The notes beneath the pieces were generated by a model. It had not been told where the DNA came from and did not search any database. It saw only the letters and a program-made list of their open reading frames with translations. Source: Camelus ferus (Eukaryota). Taken from it: DNA of 64,000 nucleotides. Position numbers and translations under genes: made by a program. Shown piece by piece: positions 12,590 to 25,508 of the stretch (positions are counted from its first letter, which is position 1; each line of letters begins with the position of its first letter). The DNA is taken from positions 94,924,001 to 94,988,000 of the forward strand of contig NC_045696.1 in assembly GCF_009834535.1 (NCBI RefSeq), read 5' to 3'.

Positions 12590-13500
12590 GTGAATTACTC
12601 CAAAGACTCAGTTTAAAAAAATCCCTTTGCAACGTGAGTTGTTACTAATGATTTGATTTCAACAAACATGAGGGAGGAACCAACTGAATTGCCTACTGGC
12701 AGATGATTAGAAATGTTTGTGATGTATCACTCTGTGATTTTGCCGTATAGTTCTAGAGGAGTTCAAAGAATTGAAGAACGCTGCTCTAACAAAAATCCTT
12801 CTATTCCCATGTACTTAATTTATATGAATGATTTTTTTTCAGCATTTGACTTCTCCCTCAAACAAAATTGAAAAGGAAAAATAGGAAAGAAATTGATGCT
12901 GAACCTATCTCATTTTAAGAAGCAACTCATATCTTAAAATCATTTGCAATAAAATTATACTTTATGTTAAATATTACCCTGTGAAAATTTATTTCCCATT
13001 TTTGTTGTTTTGATTAATTATATATATATATTAGTATTATAAATGTAACTAATCCTGACAATATGTTTTGACACTTAGGGCATTATGGTCACAGGAAATG
13101 CTACTACTACTAAAAATAATAATAAAGACATGTCAACTTACATATATATATATTTTTTTGATGTAGCAAACTATGCTAAGATGATCCATAAAACACTTTA
13201 AAGCATAGATTTATATTACATAGAGAAAAAATTCTGCCCAAGATTTGGAATGAAATAACAATTCAAGGAGATAAAGAACTATGTAAAGTTTTCAACACTT
13301 AAAGAGCACGTTCATGTATCATTTAAAGGGATAATGTTGTGACTGTGTCACAGATTGCCGAGGCATTAGGAGTCCATTATGTTTGAAAGAGTAACATAAT
13401 AGTTGATGTTAAATATTTACAATACACCAGAAGTCATATCCTTGGCAACCATTTAAAATAATTATGAAAAAGTTTAGAAGTCAACTTAAAAACTTTTTTG
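12590..13500 (+). mobile_element. hAT/Charlie DNA transposon remnant with decayed transposase C-terminus
   Basis: 12750-12818 translates VLEEFKELKNAALTKILLFPCT*, followed out of frame by LYE..FSA and ..KEIDAEP. This resembles the hAT dimerisation motif (FW..E.P.L...AL..LLPF.STYLCE.GFS). The right boundary is uncertain. Confidence 0.6.
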
Positions 13501-13609
13501 AAAGAACAATGACCTAGTGGACAAAAACTAAGAAACTTCCTTCAAAAGAATAGCAAACTTGCAGAAACAGTTTCTACTGGAAGGCAGGTTTATGCAACCA
13601 GGAGCTGAA

Positions 13610-14130
13610 GGCCAGGGTCCTCACAATGCTCTCCAAGACCCTACACTGGGTCCCCGATCCTCCCTTTCCTTCTATTCTTTTCCCAGATCCCTTTACCTCA
13701 GTGATGCTGTGCTTCTCGTCATTCTTCAGACACGCTTGCCGAGGTCCTTCCTCTGACTTTGTGGTGCTTACTCCCTCTCCCTGAAACACCCTTTCCCCAG
13801 ATGTCTTCCTGTCTCACTCTGCGCCCTCCTGCAAGTCATTATCATCTACTAAGGCCTACTATCATCTACTATTGAGGCCTCCCCCTCCAATAAAGCTGCA
13901 TTTGCCTCAGCCCCAACTCTCCCTTGCTGTATTTTCCCCATGGCACACAGTCCTTCTAACACACAGCGTGACTGAGTTACTTATTAAGGTTTAGTCCCTA
14001 CCCACTCTGGAATGCAAGCCCCATGAGAGCAGAGATTTTGTCTCTTGCTCACTGCTCTGTCTCTAGCACCTAAAACGGTACTTGGAACTCAGTGGGCACT
14101 CAGTGAAAGATGTTGCAGGGATGAATATGC
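13610..14130 (+). mobile_element. L2 LINE 3' end (L2a-like)
   Basis: ctggaatgcaagccccatgagagcagagattttgtct...tgctcactgct...ctagcacctaaaacggtacttgg...ggcactcagt is the classic L2 tail. Confidence 0.8.
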
Positions 14131-14619
14131 AAGTGGTTTCCAAGATTCATGGCCTGCATGTCAAAGGCTTCTTTAGAAGGAAATGACAAAACCTCTTATA
14201 AATTTATTTTCAAAGAAATTTTCTTGTCAGTATCAGTAGGAATAATGGGAAATCTATCATGACGGATTAAGGAACCAAGCCATCCTTATTCCCCGTTAGT
14301 CATTTATTATAGTTATAACTTCTCCTCACTACAGCAAGACCATGAAGAGGCTCGCATTCATTCCTTTATTCATTCTGTCAGTTAGTTAATTAAGGAACAA
14401 TTATTCAGCTTCTATTGGCCACTCTGCCCTTGGCACCAAGTTAAATAGGAATCTGCCTCAGCCCCCCAGGACAGTGCAGGTTAGCAAAATAGAGCATTTT
14501 TATTGTATATTATATTGTACTGAAGAAATGTATATTTCTTCAAAATGTTTTTTTTTTTTTACTTTAAAAAGTAATATAGTTTTAGCCACATTTGTCAATA
14601 AATTCAATGTCCTCCCCAA

Positions 14620-15680
14620 CAGGAATTTCATGGAATTTGAGGAGGTGATCATACAGTAACATGAAAGAATGAAAGGCCAAGAATAACCAATATATTTTGG
14701 AAGAGAAGGAAGAATCTGTATCCATAAGCCCTATATCTAATGTTCAGGCTTATTTTAAAGCTATGGTAATTAAAAGTGTGGTATTGACAAAGGGTTGGAT
14801 AAATACAACAATGAAACAAAGTGGAGAACCCTGCAAATGTGGAACCTTGCAACATGACAGAAATGGCATTACAGATCAGTCAAAAGAGGGTGAATTATTC
14901 AGTAGATAGCTGGATTATTAAAAATATTCTTTAAAATGTTGCTCTTATTCTGAAAAAAAATCTCTACCCTTCAACTTAAACAAAGGAATTCCAGAAGGCC
15001 CAAAGACCCAGACTTAAAAACAAAAATTTAATAATTTTTAATAGAAAATTTAAGAGAATATATTTATAATCTTATGGTATGAAAAAGATTTCTTTTAAAA
15101 AGAACTAAAGAAAAACAGTAACATAAAAGAAAAGATTGACTTACTTTACCTAAGGGATCATAAGGAAGTATAAATGATAAGCACAGAATGGAAAGATATA
15201 CTTGCTTGATATTCAAGGAATCAAAGATTATTATGTATTATATATATTTATATGTAATATATAAAGAGTTTATATCAGTCAATAAGAAAAATACCCCCAA
15301 ATCAGTAAATGGACAAAATGTGAATTGAGAGATTAAGTTATTCAGGCGACCAATAAACAAATGAAAAATGCACAGGCTCAGAAAAGAACAAGAATGCTTA
15401 AGTTAACCAATAACAACAAGGTATTTCATATTCATTAGATTGGCAAAAATTTAAGTGTGATAATGCCGAGTGTTGGAAAGAATGTGGGGTAAATCTCACA
15501 TAATTTAGATTGATGGATAAGTTGATCAAATTACTGAAAAGGGCAATTCGGATATATGTATTTAGTTAAAGGTGTTCAAATACTTTGATTTAGCAACTTT
15601 TTTAGTATATACCTAGGATAAACTCTTGCATAGGTGCGTAAGAAACCACATATAGATGTGCTTATTGCAGCTTCTTTTCT
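14620..15680 (+). mobile_element. Old L1M ORF2 3' fragment (degenerate)
   Basis: ORF 14697-14909 contains YFKAMVIKSVV (cf. L1 YYKATVIKTVW). Also attagattggcaaaaatttaagtgtgataatgccgagtgttgg. Confidence 0.75.
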
Positions 15681-16789
15681 TTTTAATGTATGGTTTATAC
15701 AAACCGTGTATAACCATATTCCTTTATTGAGTGCAGAGGATTTTACTAAGCAGGCCTGTGGGAAGGAAAAGGTGAGCTGTAGTTAAAAATCTAGTTTTAT
15801 GGAATTTTTTTTAGTATTTTAAATAACAGGAAAAAAAGACAAATATGTAAAATTGGGAGCCATTTGTAAAAGAACCCACATCTCCTGTTTTAAGTTTAGG
15901 TTCTAACAAGGCCCAGGATTAAACTGGGTCAATGAATGTCTTCTTTTCCAATACTAAGGGAAAAATAATTTGGGGTGGTAAACAGTTAAATATGTAAACA
16001 TTTTCTTTCAATTGAAATTAACTTTTTTTTCAATTTGAAAGAATAATCTATATTCAGTGCTCACAATCTGATAAACACTAAAAGTAAAGGAAATAAACCA
16101 AAATCACCTACAATCCTACCACCCAACTATAAACACTGTTAACCAGATGCATGTTCAGATGTTTAGTCAGAGGCCAGAAATTGAGGCATAAATTCCTATT
16201 ATGTTAAGAGTTATATTTTGAAAACATCATTTAAGAGCACAAAATAAGAGTGGATGGGATTCCACAGTATGTCATTATATAAATGTTTATCTTTTACCAG
16301 CATAGAGAAATTAACCCCAGCATGAAATGAGATAAAATCAAAGTTTATCTACATCCAGGGTTCTTTCTGCACTGGAAAGTTGACTGACTGGGTGGAATTG
16401 TGGCTTCTTAATACAAGTGATACATTAGAAATAACCAATCAACAAGGGACTGGATGAATGGGGTCGTATTTTCACATGGAGTACCAAAAACACCAGTTAT
16501 ATAAACAAATTGAATCCATATGTATCAAAATGATGAAAATGATGAAAGAAAACAAGTCAGAGTAAAATGTCTACAACACACAACTAAATGCCAAGTTGCT
16601 TAGAGTTACACATGTATGCAATAAAGTTGAGTGGATGGGAACTAACACCAATTTCTCCAACTTCTGAAAGTCCATTAACACCCCATACACAAAATATTTC
16701 TTGTATATTTGCGTTTTCTTGGATAATTTTTATCCAGCTGTTGTAATAATTCAAAAGACAGAAACAGCTATCTTCTTCCTGGAAAATTC

Positions 16790-17830
16790 TTCCCATATCA
16801 TGGTTTCAGTTAGCATCTGTGAATGTATCCGCCTTGCCCCAGTGGATCACTCTACCCCAGATTGCATCTTTGGATATGAGAGCTGCGTATTGCTGTAGTT
16901 CCTTAGACATTTCCACCTGGATGCCCACCAGGCACCTAAAACATAACAAGTGAAAGACTGAACTCATCTTTCCTCGCAGCCTTGCACCTCACCTGCCTAT
17001 GGTTTCTTTCCTATTTCAGGGAATGGCTCAGCCATCTAACAGATTACTCCCTCTTCCTTAGTCCCCACATCCAATTACAAAGTACTCTCAATGCCACTTG
17101 TCAAATATTTATTTCAGTCTTCCTTTTCTCATCATTCCATATGTGAAACCATGCCCAAGCCTCCTTGTCTTCAGGCTATATTATTACCACAGCCTCCTCA
17201 TCTATTCACTGCAATGCAACTAAAAAGCCAGTCGAACTGTGCAGATTCCAAGTGCAATGCTTCTGATATGCAAACCTGCCCTTGTTATGTCCTCAGCTTA
17301 AAATCTTACTATGGTACCTACTTGTCCTAAGGATAAAGGTCAGACTTCTCAATAAGGTTGCAGGTTCTTTGTAATACGATGCTCGCCTCTTTCCCCTCCC
17401 CACTTCTCACTGCACCTTCTTCTACTCAGGACTCCAGCTAAAGTGAACTTCTTTTAATTCCTTCTTAAGATATGTTTTCTCTGGCTTCTAAGCCTTTGTT
17501 CCTGTGACCGTTAGTTACTCTTCTCCTCCATCTTTATCCAACTTAACTTCTCCCCGCTCTATTTATTATTTCTTTTAATTCCCAAAACTGAATTACACCA
17601 TACCTGTCTTTTGTGCTGTTCTTAGGGCTGCCGCATATGAGTGTATAGGTTGTGCACTGCTAAATTCTGGGGAGGAGGGCTCTTCACATCATGGCCTCTG
17701 TGAATGGTGCCCCTAGAGCTGTGGTGGTCATGTCTATAGTGCCTCTGTCACAGTGCTAACCACACTGTAATGTAATTGCCTGATGACTTGTCTGTCTCAT
17801 TGTTTCACTAAGTAGATTAGGGATAGACCC
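16790..17830 (+). mobile_element. L2 LINE remnant, interrupted by a MER91-like element
   Basis: gacatttccacctggatgcccaccaggcacctaaaacataacaagtgaaagactgaactcatc is a characteristic L2 ORF2 segment. Confidence 0.7.
17623..17730 (+). mobile_element. MER91-like hAT-Tip100 non-autonomous element
   Basis: agggctgccgcata...ggttgtgcactgc...ttcacat...tgtgaatggtgcccctagagctgtg. Confidence 0.6.
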
Positions 17831-18029
17831 AAGACTAGAAGTCAGTTAAAAAAACACACACACACACACTGACTCATCACCTTTCTCATGAGGTCAGGTA
17901 AGCACATAACTTCCACTCAGACATCAGGATATTATCTTAAGGAAAGAAACAGAAAGGGCAAGACGCCTAAGAAACTGAACATTTTTATCTAAGAGAGAAT
18001 GAATCTTTCCTAAAAGATTTAAAAATAAG

Positions 18030-18175
18030 CACCTAAGCCATGAAATACAAGCTCCGTGATAGCAGGATTTTTGTTTGTTTGTTTCTGTTTGGTCTGTTGC
18101 TCATTTTTCTGACCCTAGGAGAAGTGTCTTACACCTAGCAGTCCTGAAGAAAGTTTTTCTGAATGAATGAAGGAG
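18030..18175 (+). mobile_element. L2 3' terminus
   Basis: aagctccgtgatagcaggatttttg...cctagcagtcctga...tgaatgaatgaa. Confidence 0.6.
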
Positions 18176-18843
18176 TCAGTTGTTTTATGGCGATTATTAC
18201 AAGTTGTGTGTAAACTGGATTGAGGGCTCATGCAGAATACTAGAATGGAGCTAGACAAGCATCCACATTGCCGTATAGGGTTAAATTAATACCTCTTCTA
18301 CATGTATCAGGTTAAGAAATTGCAGTTCCTTATTAGCATCAGCCAGCTTTCGTAAGGTTCTTTCATTCATCTGGAGACAAGGCAGAATAAAGAAGGAAAA
18401 AAATTCATGAGGAGTAGAACAAGAAAGGTAGACGCACACCATGGATTGCTTGACTTTTTAACAAGTAACATTTATATAGCGTCTTACAGACCCACAGAAC
18501 TTCCACACACATTATCTCCTCTGCTGCTCACCAAGGAGGGCGGAGACTGAGCAGCTGTTTCCTTCCCATCAAGATAAGACAGAATCTCTCTACCCTAAAT
18601 AGAGTTCCTGTTAAAAGTTTCTTTTACATCTTAAAGGTCATAAATGAAAAGTTAACCATCAGGAGCTGTTTGTTATCTTTCTGTTTATTTAAAGGAAGTT
18701 TTCTGTCTGAGAAGAAAAAGAAAAAAAGAAACTTTTATGGAACTGCATTGCTAGGTTAAAGTTTCATAGATTCTTTTCCACATGACCCTAGGATTCCATG
18801 AAAATGTGCTGAGATTCCTGGATGTATTAACCAAGAAGGGCTG

Positions 18844-18918
18844 TCTAGAGCTAGTTTAGTGACAATTATCTAGAAATAGTTTAGTGACAATTATCTAGAG
18901 ATATTTTAGTGACAATTA
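18844..18918 (+). repeat. 25-bp tandem repeat x3
   Basis: tctagagctagtttagtgacaatta / tctagaaatagtttagtgacaatta / tctagagatattttagtgacaatta. Confidence 0.95.
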
Positions 18919-20400
18919 TGATTTCATTTGTATTTTCTATTGAAAATCCCACTGAATCTAGTCTTTCCCGTCTTCCCACTCTCAACTACATATTTAAATT
19001 CACTCTATGGTGATATATTTGTTCCCAAGTGTAACTGAAATGAAAACCAAAAAGATAACAGAATAATGGAACTGCTTGGTCAAGTTTGTATTTTTAAACA
19101 TTCTTGAACTATATGACTTTAAACATTGGAAAACTCCTGGGTTCATTTTTCCCTTCACTGCCATGCAATCAGTATGTGTCAGTTGCTGTTAGAGTCCTTT
19201 TTAACATAGATTTTGAAGAATGGATTTCTTATTTTCAGTGGAATACGCTGTATGTAACAGTTCAGTGATGGATTACATATTTGGAGAAATATGATCTTAC
19301 TTGTTATACCATAATTTAATTCATATTCAATAATGTTTCACTCAGTTTATTTGATCTTGGTGTAATTTGAAGAGATGAACGAGATAAACATGTTTCAATG
19401 CCAGCTTAAACAAATTTTGTTGATATTTATCTGCTGCCTCTGGTGAAACGTTATCTCGGGGCTGGATGATAGAATGTCAGCGTGTCAGACTAGTTTTTAT
19501 TAGTTTTTAAATTGTGCTACCCTAGACCAACTGGTGCCTTACACAAAGATTCGTTTCTCAGAGTGTCATTGTAGTACATCCATTCTTAATGAGATTGGGC
19601 AGTGCAGCCATTTACTGATGATGCAAGTAGACTTAGTCTTCACTGTTGTCCATAATTGTGACAAATGAAAACATGTTTATTTTTCCTAGACTTCATTCAA
19701 AAATTGCACAATGTTGAAGTACATACTTGTCTTCTTAATTTGTTTACTTTTATGCCACATCATAATGAAGTAGTTTTTAAAGATTTTGCCCAGATATAAC
19801 TCCAGATGTTCTAATGGCAGAGATTTTTATACCAAATCTAGTATCGATCTTTAATTTCTCTTTTAGCACATCTCCCTGAAAGGTTAATTTTGCCATCAAT
19901 ATAACTAAGGCTCAGAATTAACTACCTCCCGGCTGAATGTTGTTTCAGTTATTGAAAGCAGAGTACAATGGCTTACAGTCAGTTGCCGTCACGTAGAGGC
20001 TCTTCTTGATGACATTTGTAAGGGTAACTAATTCGCTTCCAACTCAGAAGATGTCCTGGCAGCAAAGCCCTTAATTATAGCCTTTAACAGAGCCCTCCTC
20101 TGAGCTCTCCTCTGAGATACAAATACGTTCAGAGAAGGAGGGCAGCCCAGGCCAGCCCCTGGTGCTGAAGATGAGAAACTGCAGGAGTCATGGAGATTCC
20201 CTGTGGGGAAGGATGGAAGACAAAGCCTTAGGGCTCTTGTCATTTCAACTGCTTTATATTCCCCAAAACTATTGCCCACATGGGAGGCATACTTCTATTA
20301 TTATTGATTGTTCCTTGTTTTACCCATACTTACAACTTTTTCTTGGTGAAGAAAGAAAAAAAAAGAGCTTAGCAGATAAGCAAATAAAGAACTAGATTTC

Positions 20401-21566
20401 TTTTCTTCTTTTCTTTCATTGAAATGCAGTCAGTTTACAATGTTGTGTTAATTTCTGGTGTAGAGCATAGTGTTTCAGCTATATATATATTTTATATATA
20501 TATATATATATATAAAAAATTGTAGGCTATTATACGATATTGAATATAGTTCCCTGTGCTATACAATAGGACCCTGTTGTTTGTCTTATATATATAGTAG
20601 TTAGTATCCACAAATCCTAAATTCTCAGTTTATCCCTTCCCACCCATTTCCCCCGGTAACTGTAAGTTTGTTTTCTATGTCTGTGAATCTGTTTCTGTTT
20701 TGTAAACAAGTTCATTTGTATCATTTTTAAAGATTCCACATATAAGTGATATCATATGGTATTTTTCTTTGTCTTTCAGGCTTGCTTCAATTAGTATGAC
20801 AATCTCCAGTTTCATCCATGTTGCTGCATTATTTTATTCTTATTTATGGCTGAGTAGTATTCCATTGTATATATATACCCACATCTTCTTTATCCATTCA
20901 TCTGTTGATGGACATTTAGGTTGTTTCCATGTCTTGACTATTGTAAATAGTGCTGCTATGAACATTGGGATGCATGTATCTTTCTGAATTAAAGTTCCTT
21001 CTGGATATAGGCTCAAGAGTGGGATTGCTGGATCATACAGTAACTCTACTTTTAGTTTTTTAAGGAATCTCCATACTGTTTTCCATAATGACTGCACCAA
21101 ACTACATTCCCACCAACAGTGCAGGAGAGTTCCCTTTTCTCCACACTCTCTCCAGCATTTATCATTTGTGGACTTTTGAATGATGGCCATTCTGACTGGT
21201 ATGAGATGATACCTCATTGTAGTTTTGATGCATTTCATGGCTAGTTAGTGATATTGAGCATTTTTTCATGTGTCTATTGGCCATATGCATGTCTTCACTG
21301 GAGAAATGTTTGTTTAGGTCTTCCGCCCATTTTTGATTGGGTTATTTGTTTTTTTGTTATTGAGCTGTGTGAGCTATTTGTATATTCTGGAAATTAAGCC
21401 CTTGTCAGTCACATCGTTTGCAAATATTTTCTCTACTCCGTAGGTTGTCTTTTTGTTTTGTTTATAGTTTTCTTTGTTGTGCAAAATCTAAGTTAAATTA
21501 GGTCCCATTTTTTAATTTTTGCTTTTATTTTTATTGCTTTGGTAGATTGCCCTAGAAGAATATTGC
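20401..21566 (-). mobile_element. Relatively young 5'-truncated LINE-1 (ORF2 C-terminus + 3'UTR)
   Basis: ORF 20840-21238 ([19 protein letters not shown]...YDPAIPLL...[17 protein letters not shown]) is the L1 ORF2 CCHC C-terminal domain. The 3'UTR carries (AT)n at ~20480-20514 and there is a T-rich tail at ~20401. Confidence 0.95.
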
Positions 21567-22369
21567 CAACTTCATTTACCTTCCATTTCAAAATCAGTTT
21601 CATGAAAAGGCAATATTTATTAAACTAATTTCATGACCTAGAGAGTCAAAGTTGTGGATGAATTCCTTTAATAATTGTTGGCAACCCTAGAAACCATTCT
21701 TACTATTACAAGGGTGTTGTGGATTGTCAATGAGTTGGTATCTAATGTGAAAAAGCCCAAATATTTTTAAAAAATTAAACCAAAATCTCATTGTGAAGCT
21801 TCTTCTCAAAGACACAATATTCATGAAAGTTTTCAATATAGATAATTTGTGTTTTGATGATTAAGCTCTTCTAGAATCGCCATGATTTTATGAAACATTT
21901 TTTAGAAATTGAACTTTGAAACAAAACATTTTGGTGTTGCTTTTGTGAGTGAAGTTGTAATAAAATCAAATATACTCCTAAAGAGCTAAAATTAATGTTT
22001 TAAAGAGGTCCAACTGCTTAAACATCTGCAGTCTAAAAATGCCAGTAACTCCAATAATTCCAAAGCTTCAACAAATAGAAGGAAATACTAGAATATCTAG
22101 AGGTTTCTGCAGAATCTCTTGCAATATTTTGGCAGTTTGTTGACCCCCATGATGAAAAGACTTGAAAAGAAAATCCTCCAATGTTAGAGTTGTCTTGAAA
22201 TGAATGGTCCTCAACCTATATGTACTCTTTAAACATCTTGTTCTCTCTTGGGTTATCTTCTAAGAATAAATACTCAGAATATGAATTATCTTTTCTGTAA
22301 ATCACCACAGTTGTTGATTAGGTTTTGATTTAATCTGTAGGTTTAGGTTTGATTAAAGTTGGTCACTGT

Positions 22370-22780
22370 AACATCATTCATTCATTCAATCATTTATTCA
22401 TTCAATAAGCATATTTTTAATTACCTGATGTTTAATTTGTTCAACGAACTATGAAAATGATGGGCATAAAATGTCAAACAAAAATGTTCCTGTTCTTTAC
22501 GGTGATAGATATATCAGGAAGTCTAATATATAAGCCAAAATTATTTTACCAGATAGACAAAAAGGTGAACAACACTATAGGACAAAGGAATGCATAAGCA
22601 AATGGATATATGAGTGAGCATGCAAATTCTGACAACTTTAAGTCTTTCTTATGTTTAAAAAAAAGGTTTGGGGAAGAAGTGGTTTTTGTATGAGTCAAGA
22701 GGCAAAGAAAAGCCAGGACCAGATGATAGTTGGTCTTTAATGCAATGCTAAGTACTTAAAACTTTATCTTATAAGCCAGT
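22370..22780 (-). mobile_element. L2 remnant
   Basis: cattcattcattcaatcatttattcattcaataagcatattt tail and atgctaagtacttaaaactttatctt. Confidence 0.55.
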
Positions 22781-24059
22781 GCTCCTCCACAGACCACCAG
22801 TGGTCTTCACTGAGCAACCAAGTTGTCCAGAGATGGTTGGGTTATTGTAGAAGGTGAGGTAATAAGCAATTTCATTCATGTATGTTTCAGAGATATGGAA
22901 TGTGAAAGTAATGCTTTGTACAGAAAATATATGGTCATTATGATCATCACATTCTTTAGAAGTATGAAGGTGTTACAGGGAATTAAAATAAAAGTTACAG
23001 CAAGGACCAGGCATGTTTTGTGTATAAATGAAGCAGGTTATGCGTAACTCGCTTTTCAGCTTCAGGGAGAAACAGGGAGGAGAGGGAAATGGGAAGACCT
23101 GGAGAGCATATTCTCCCAAAAAAGGGAAGATGCTGAACTATCAAGCCAATTGCTGTCTTATAAGATTTCAAGATTTATATTATGTTATATTATATTTTTA
23201 ATATACAAAATAAATATTTACATGTGTATATCATATATATTATGGTATAAACATTTTATTATACTATATTATTGATAATATATGTAAGTATTTTAAAGGG
23301 AATCCATAAATCTAGATTTCTAAGCATCCTCTTTTAATATGTATGTTGGCAAATAATCCAAATATAAAACACCGCATAGGCCAGTACTATGCAGATCAAA
23401 GATCATACCTTTGTGGGCCAGGTTTGACATTGCATTGATTGCTTTGGCTCATTCTTCTTTTCTAATACTTGGTTAATGATGGGAGTTGCAGGGGAGTTTC
23501 ACTAGTTTATGCCTTTTGCCTATTTTGGCTTATATATTTTGAAATGTTTTATAAGTTCATATTTTAAATATAGGTTAGATGTGCATTTTACTCTTACTGT
23601 TGTGTTTCATTAAATTTCATGACATATATTCCCTTCACAGAAGAGATCAATGGCTAAAAAGTGGTCCATTGAAAAATTTAAAAAGTAGTTAAAATAGAAA
23701 CATAAACCCTCCAAAGCAAAAATGGAACATAAATCTGTGTCTGCTGGAAAAAGCAAGATATCCAAACCTACATGATCAGAAAAAGTCAAATCGTATTTCT
23801 CCTATATGACTTTGTAATGTACATTATCATCATTAATATTTCCGTATCTTAAAAGTGCTTGACACTATGCTAATAATTAGATGATACTGAAGATCAAGCA
23901 AAAAAGATCCTTTCTACTATCAAAATTACTGTATTAACTTACCAATATAATTTTGGAAAGGATCCATCTTTATCACGCAACTGATAATCTCCATCGATGA
24001 ATATGCACATTTAAGAAGGGAAATTGGGAGAAATTAACAGGAAAGTGAATATTCAAAAA

Positions 24060-24170
24060 TATACCTATTTGACTACAAGGATATAGTGTATAACACAGGT
24101 AATATAGCTAATATTTTATAATAACTATAAATGGATTATAACGTTTAAAAATTATGAATTACTGTGAAAC
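24060..24170 (+). mobile_element. Short L1 3'UTR fragment
   Basis: ctacaaggatatagtgtataacacaggtaatatagctaatattttataataactataaatgga. Confidence 0.7.
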
Positions 24171-24998
24171 TATTCTACCCTTCTGCTTTAGTCCATATAA
24201 AACTGTGCTGACAACATACTGAACAATACATTGAGTTAGTTTAATTGTTTTTAAATTGATTTTTAAAGCTAATCAACTTTTAGCAATACTTTTATTTCAT
24301 ACTTGAGCCTTTCTTTTCTCCTCTCACTATTTTTTTACCCAAAATATACTTTAACAAAGAAGTTCACCAAGCTTAAAGTAACCATAAATTCTAGAAATAC
24401 AGGAGACAATATTTTCAAAATGTCAGGCTTAATGATAATTGAGTATGTATGTCTCTAGTGATAAATTTCACAAATTATTTTCTCTCTATTATTTCTCCTG
24501 GAAGTAACCACTGTATTCAAATTCATTCTGTAAGAATGTCAAGTTCTTCCAGCGTAAGGAAATTTCAATAGAAACAGAACTTTTCCTATGATGTTTGGCT
24601 ATTGAAAAAAACTCTTTCCAGCAATTTCAAAAAATACTCATTGATTCTAATTGGGTTGTTCTTTAGATATTAAATATTAATAAATTATACCTTAGATGAA
24701 TTTCTTATCAGGACATGAGAGAGCCAAGCAAAATAACTTGGACAAATACATTCAGCTTCAAATAAGTAAATGGTCACTGGAGATGATGGAAAATAAAGTA
24801 TAGCAAAAATATATGTATGTATTCAGCATTTTCATCAAAAGGCAAAAGAAAACAAAACTACCGGTTTACTCAATCCTTCCATTGTTTCATGGTCATTACA
24901 AGAGTTAATACAGAGAAGAAAATCAATAGTAATTTCCATCACTATGAGATACCCAATGATAACCCCTGTCATTTCATAGTTACAGTAACAGTTTCTCT

Positions 24999-25508
24999 TG
25001 TTACAGAGTCCAAACTCTTACTGCTGGCCGCATGACAGGCCAATAAATCAAGAGACAAGTTGTTGGGGGAAGGAACAGCAACTTTATTCAGAAAGCCAGC
25101 TCACCAAGAAGATGGTGGACTAGTGCCCCAAAGGAACCATCTTACCCAAGTCAGAATTCAGGCTCCTTTTATACTTAAAAGGGGAGGGTGTGTGGTTGGT
25201 TGTTGCCAACTTCTTGGTGTTGGAATCATTTGTTCTTGCAGCTGTCCACCTAGGTCAGGTCATGATATTCCTGTAGACCTTTAACCAAGACAAATTATTC
25301 TCTGTTCTGCAACTTTTTAATCTCTATGTGAATGGAAAACTGTTAGACCCTTAAAGGTCAGAGCCTTGAAAATGAGCTATCCTGTATATCTGAGGCTATG
25401 AGAAACAACATTCTTTAACAAAAGGGGCAGAACAAGTATGACTAAGCAAGGAAACAGAGCACAGGGAACAGATCTAATATGGAGTCAGATCTGTTCTTTC
25501 CTATTACA
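24999..25508 (-). mobile_element. ERV (class I-like) solo LTR
   Basis: 510 bp with TGT...ACA termini. On the minus strand it begins tgtaataggaaagaacagatctgactccat, with TATAAAA at 25167-25173 and AATAAA at 25083-25088 in U3-R-U5 order. Confidence 0.8.

Noticed and set aside
16584..16796. ORF with FN3-like words (IFCVWGVNGLSE)
   Set aside because: It lies across old LINE-like sequence, has no convincing splice sites, and the resemblance is too short to exceed chance.
20840..21238. 132-aa ORF as a host gene
   Set aside because: It is the LINE-1 ORF2 C-terminus within a truncated insertion.
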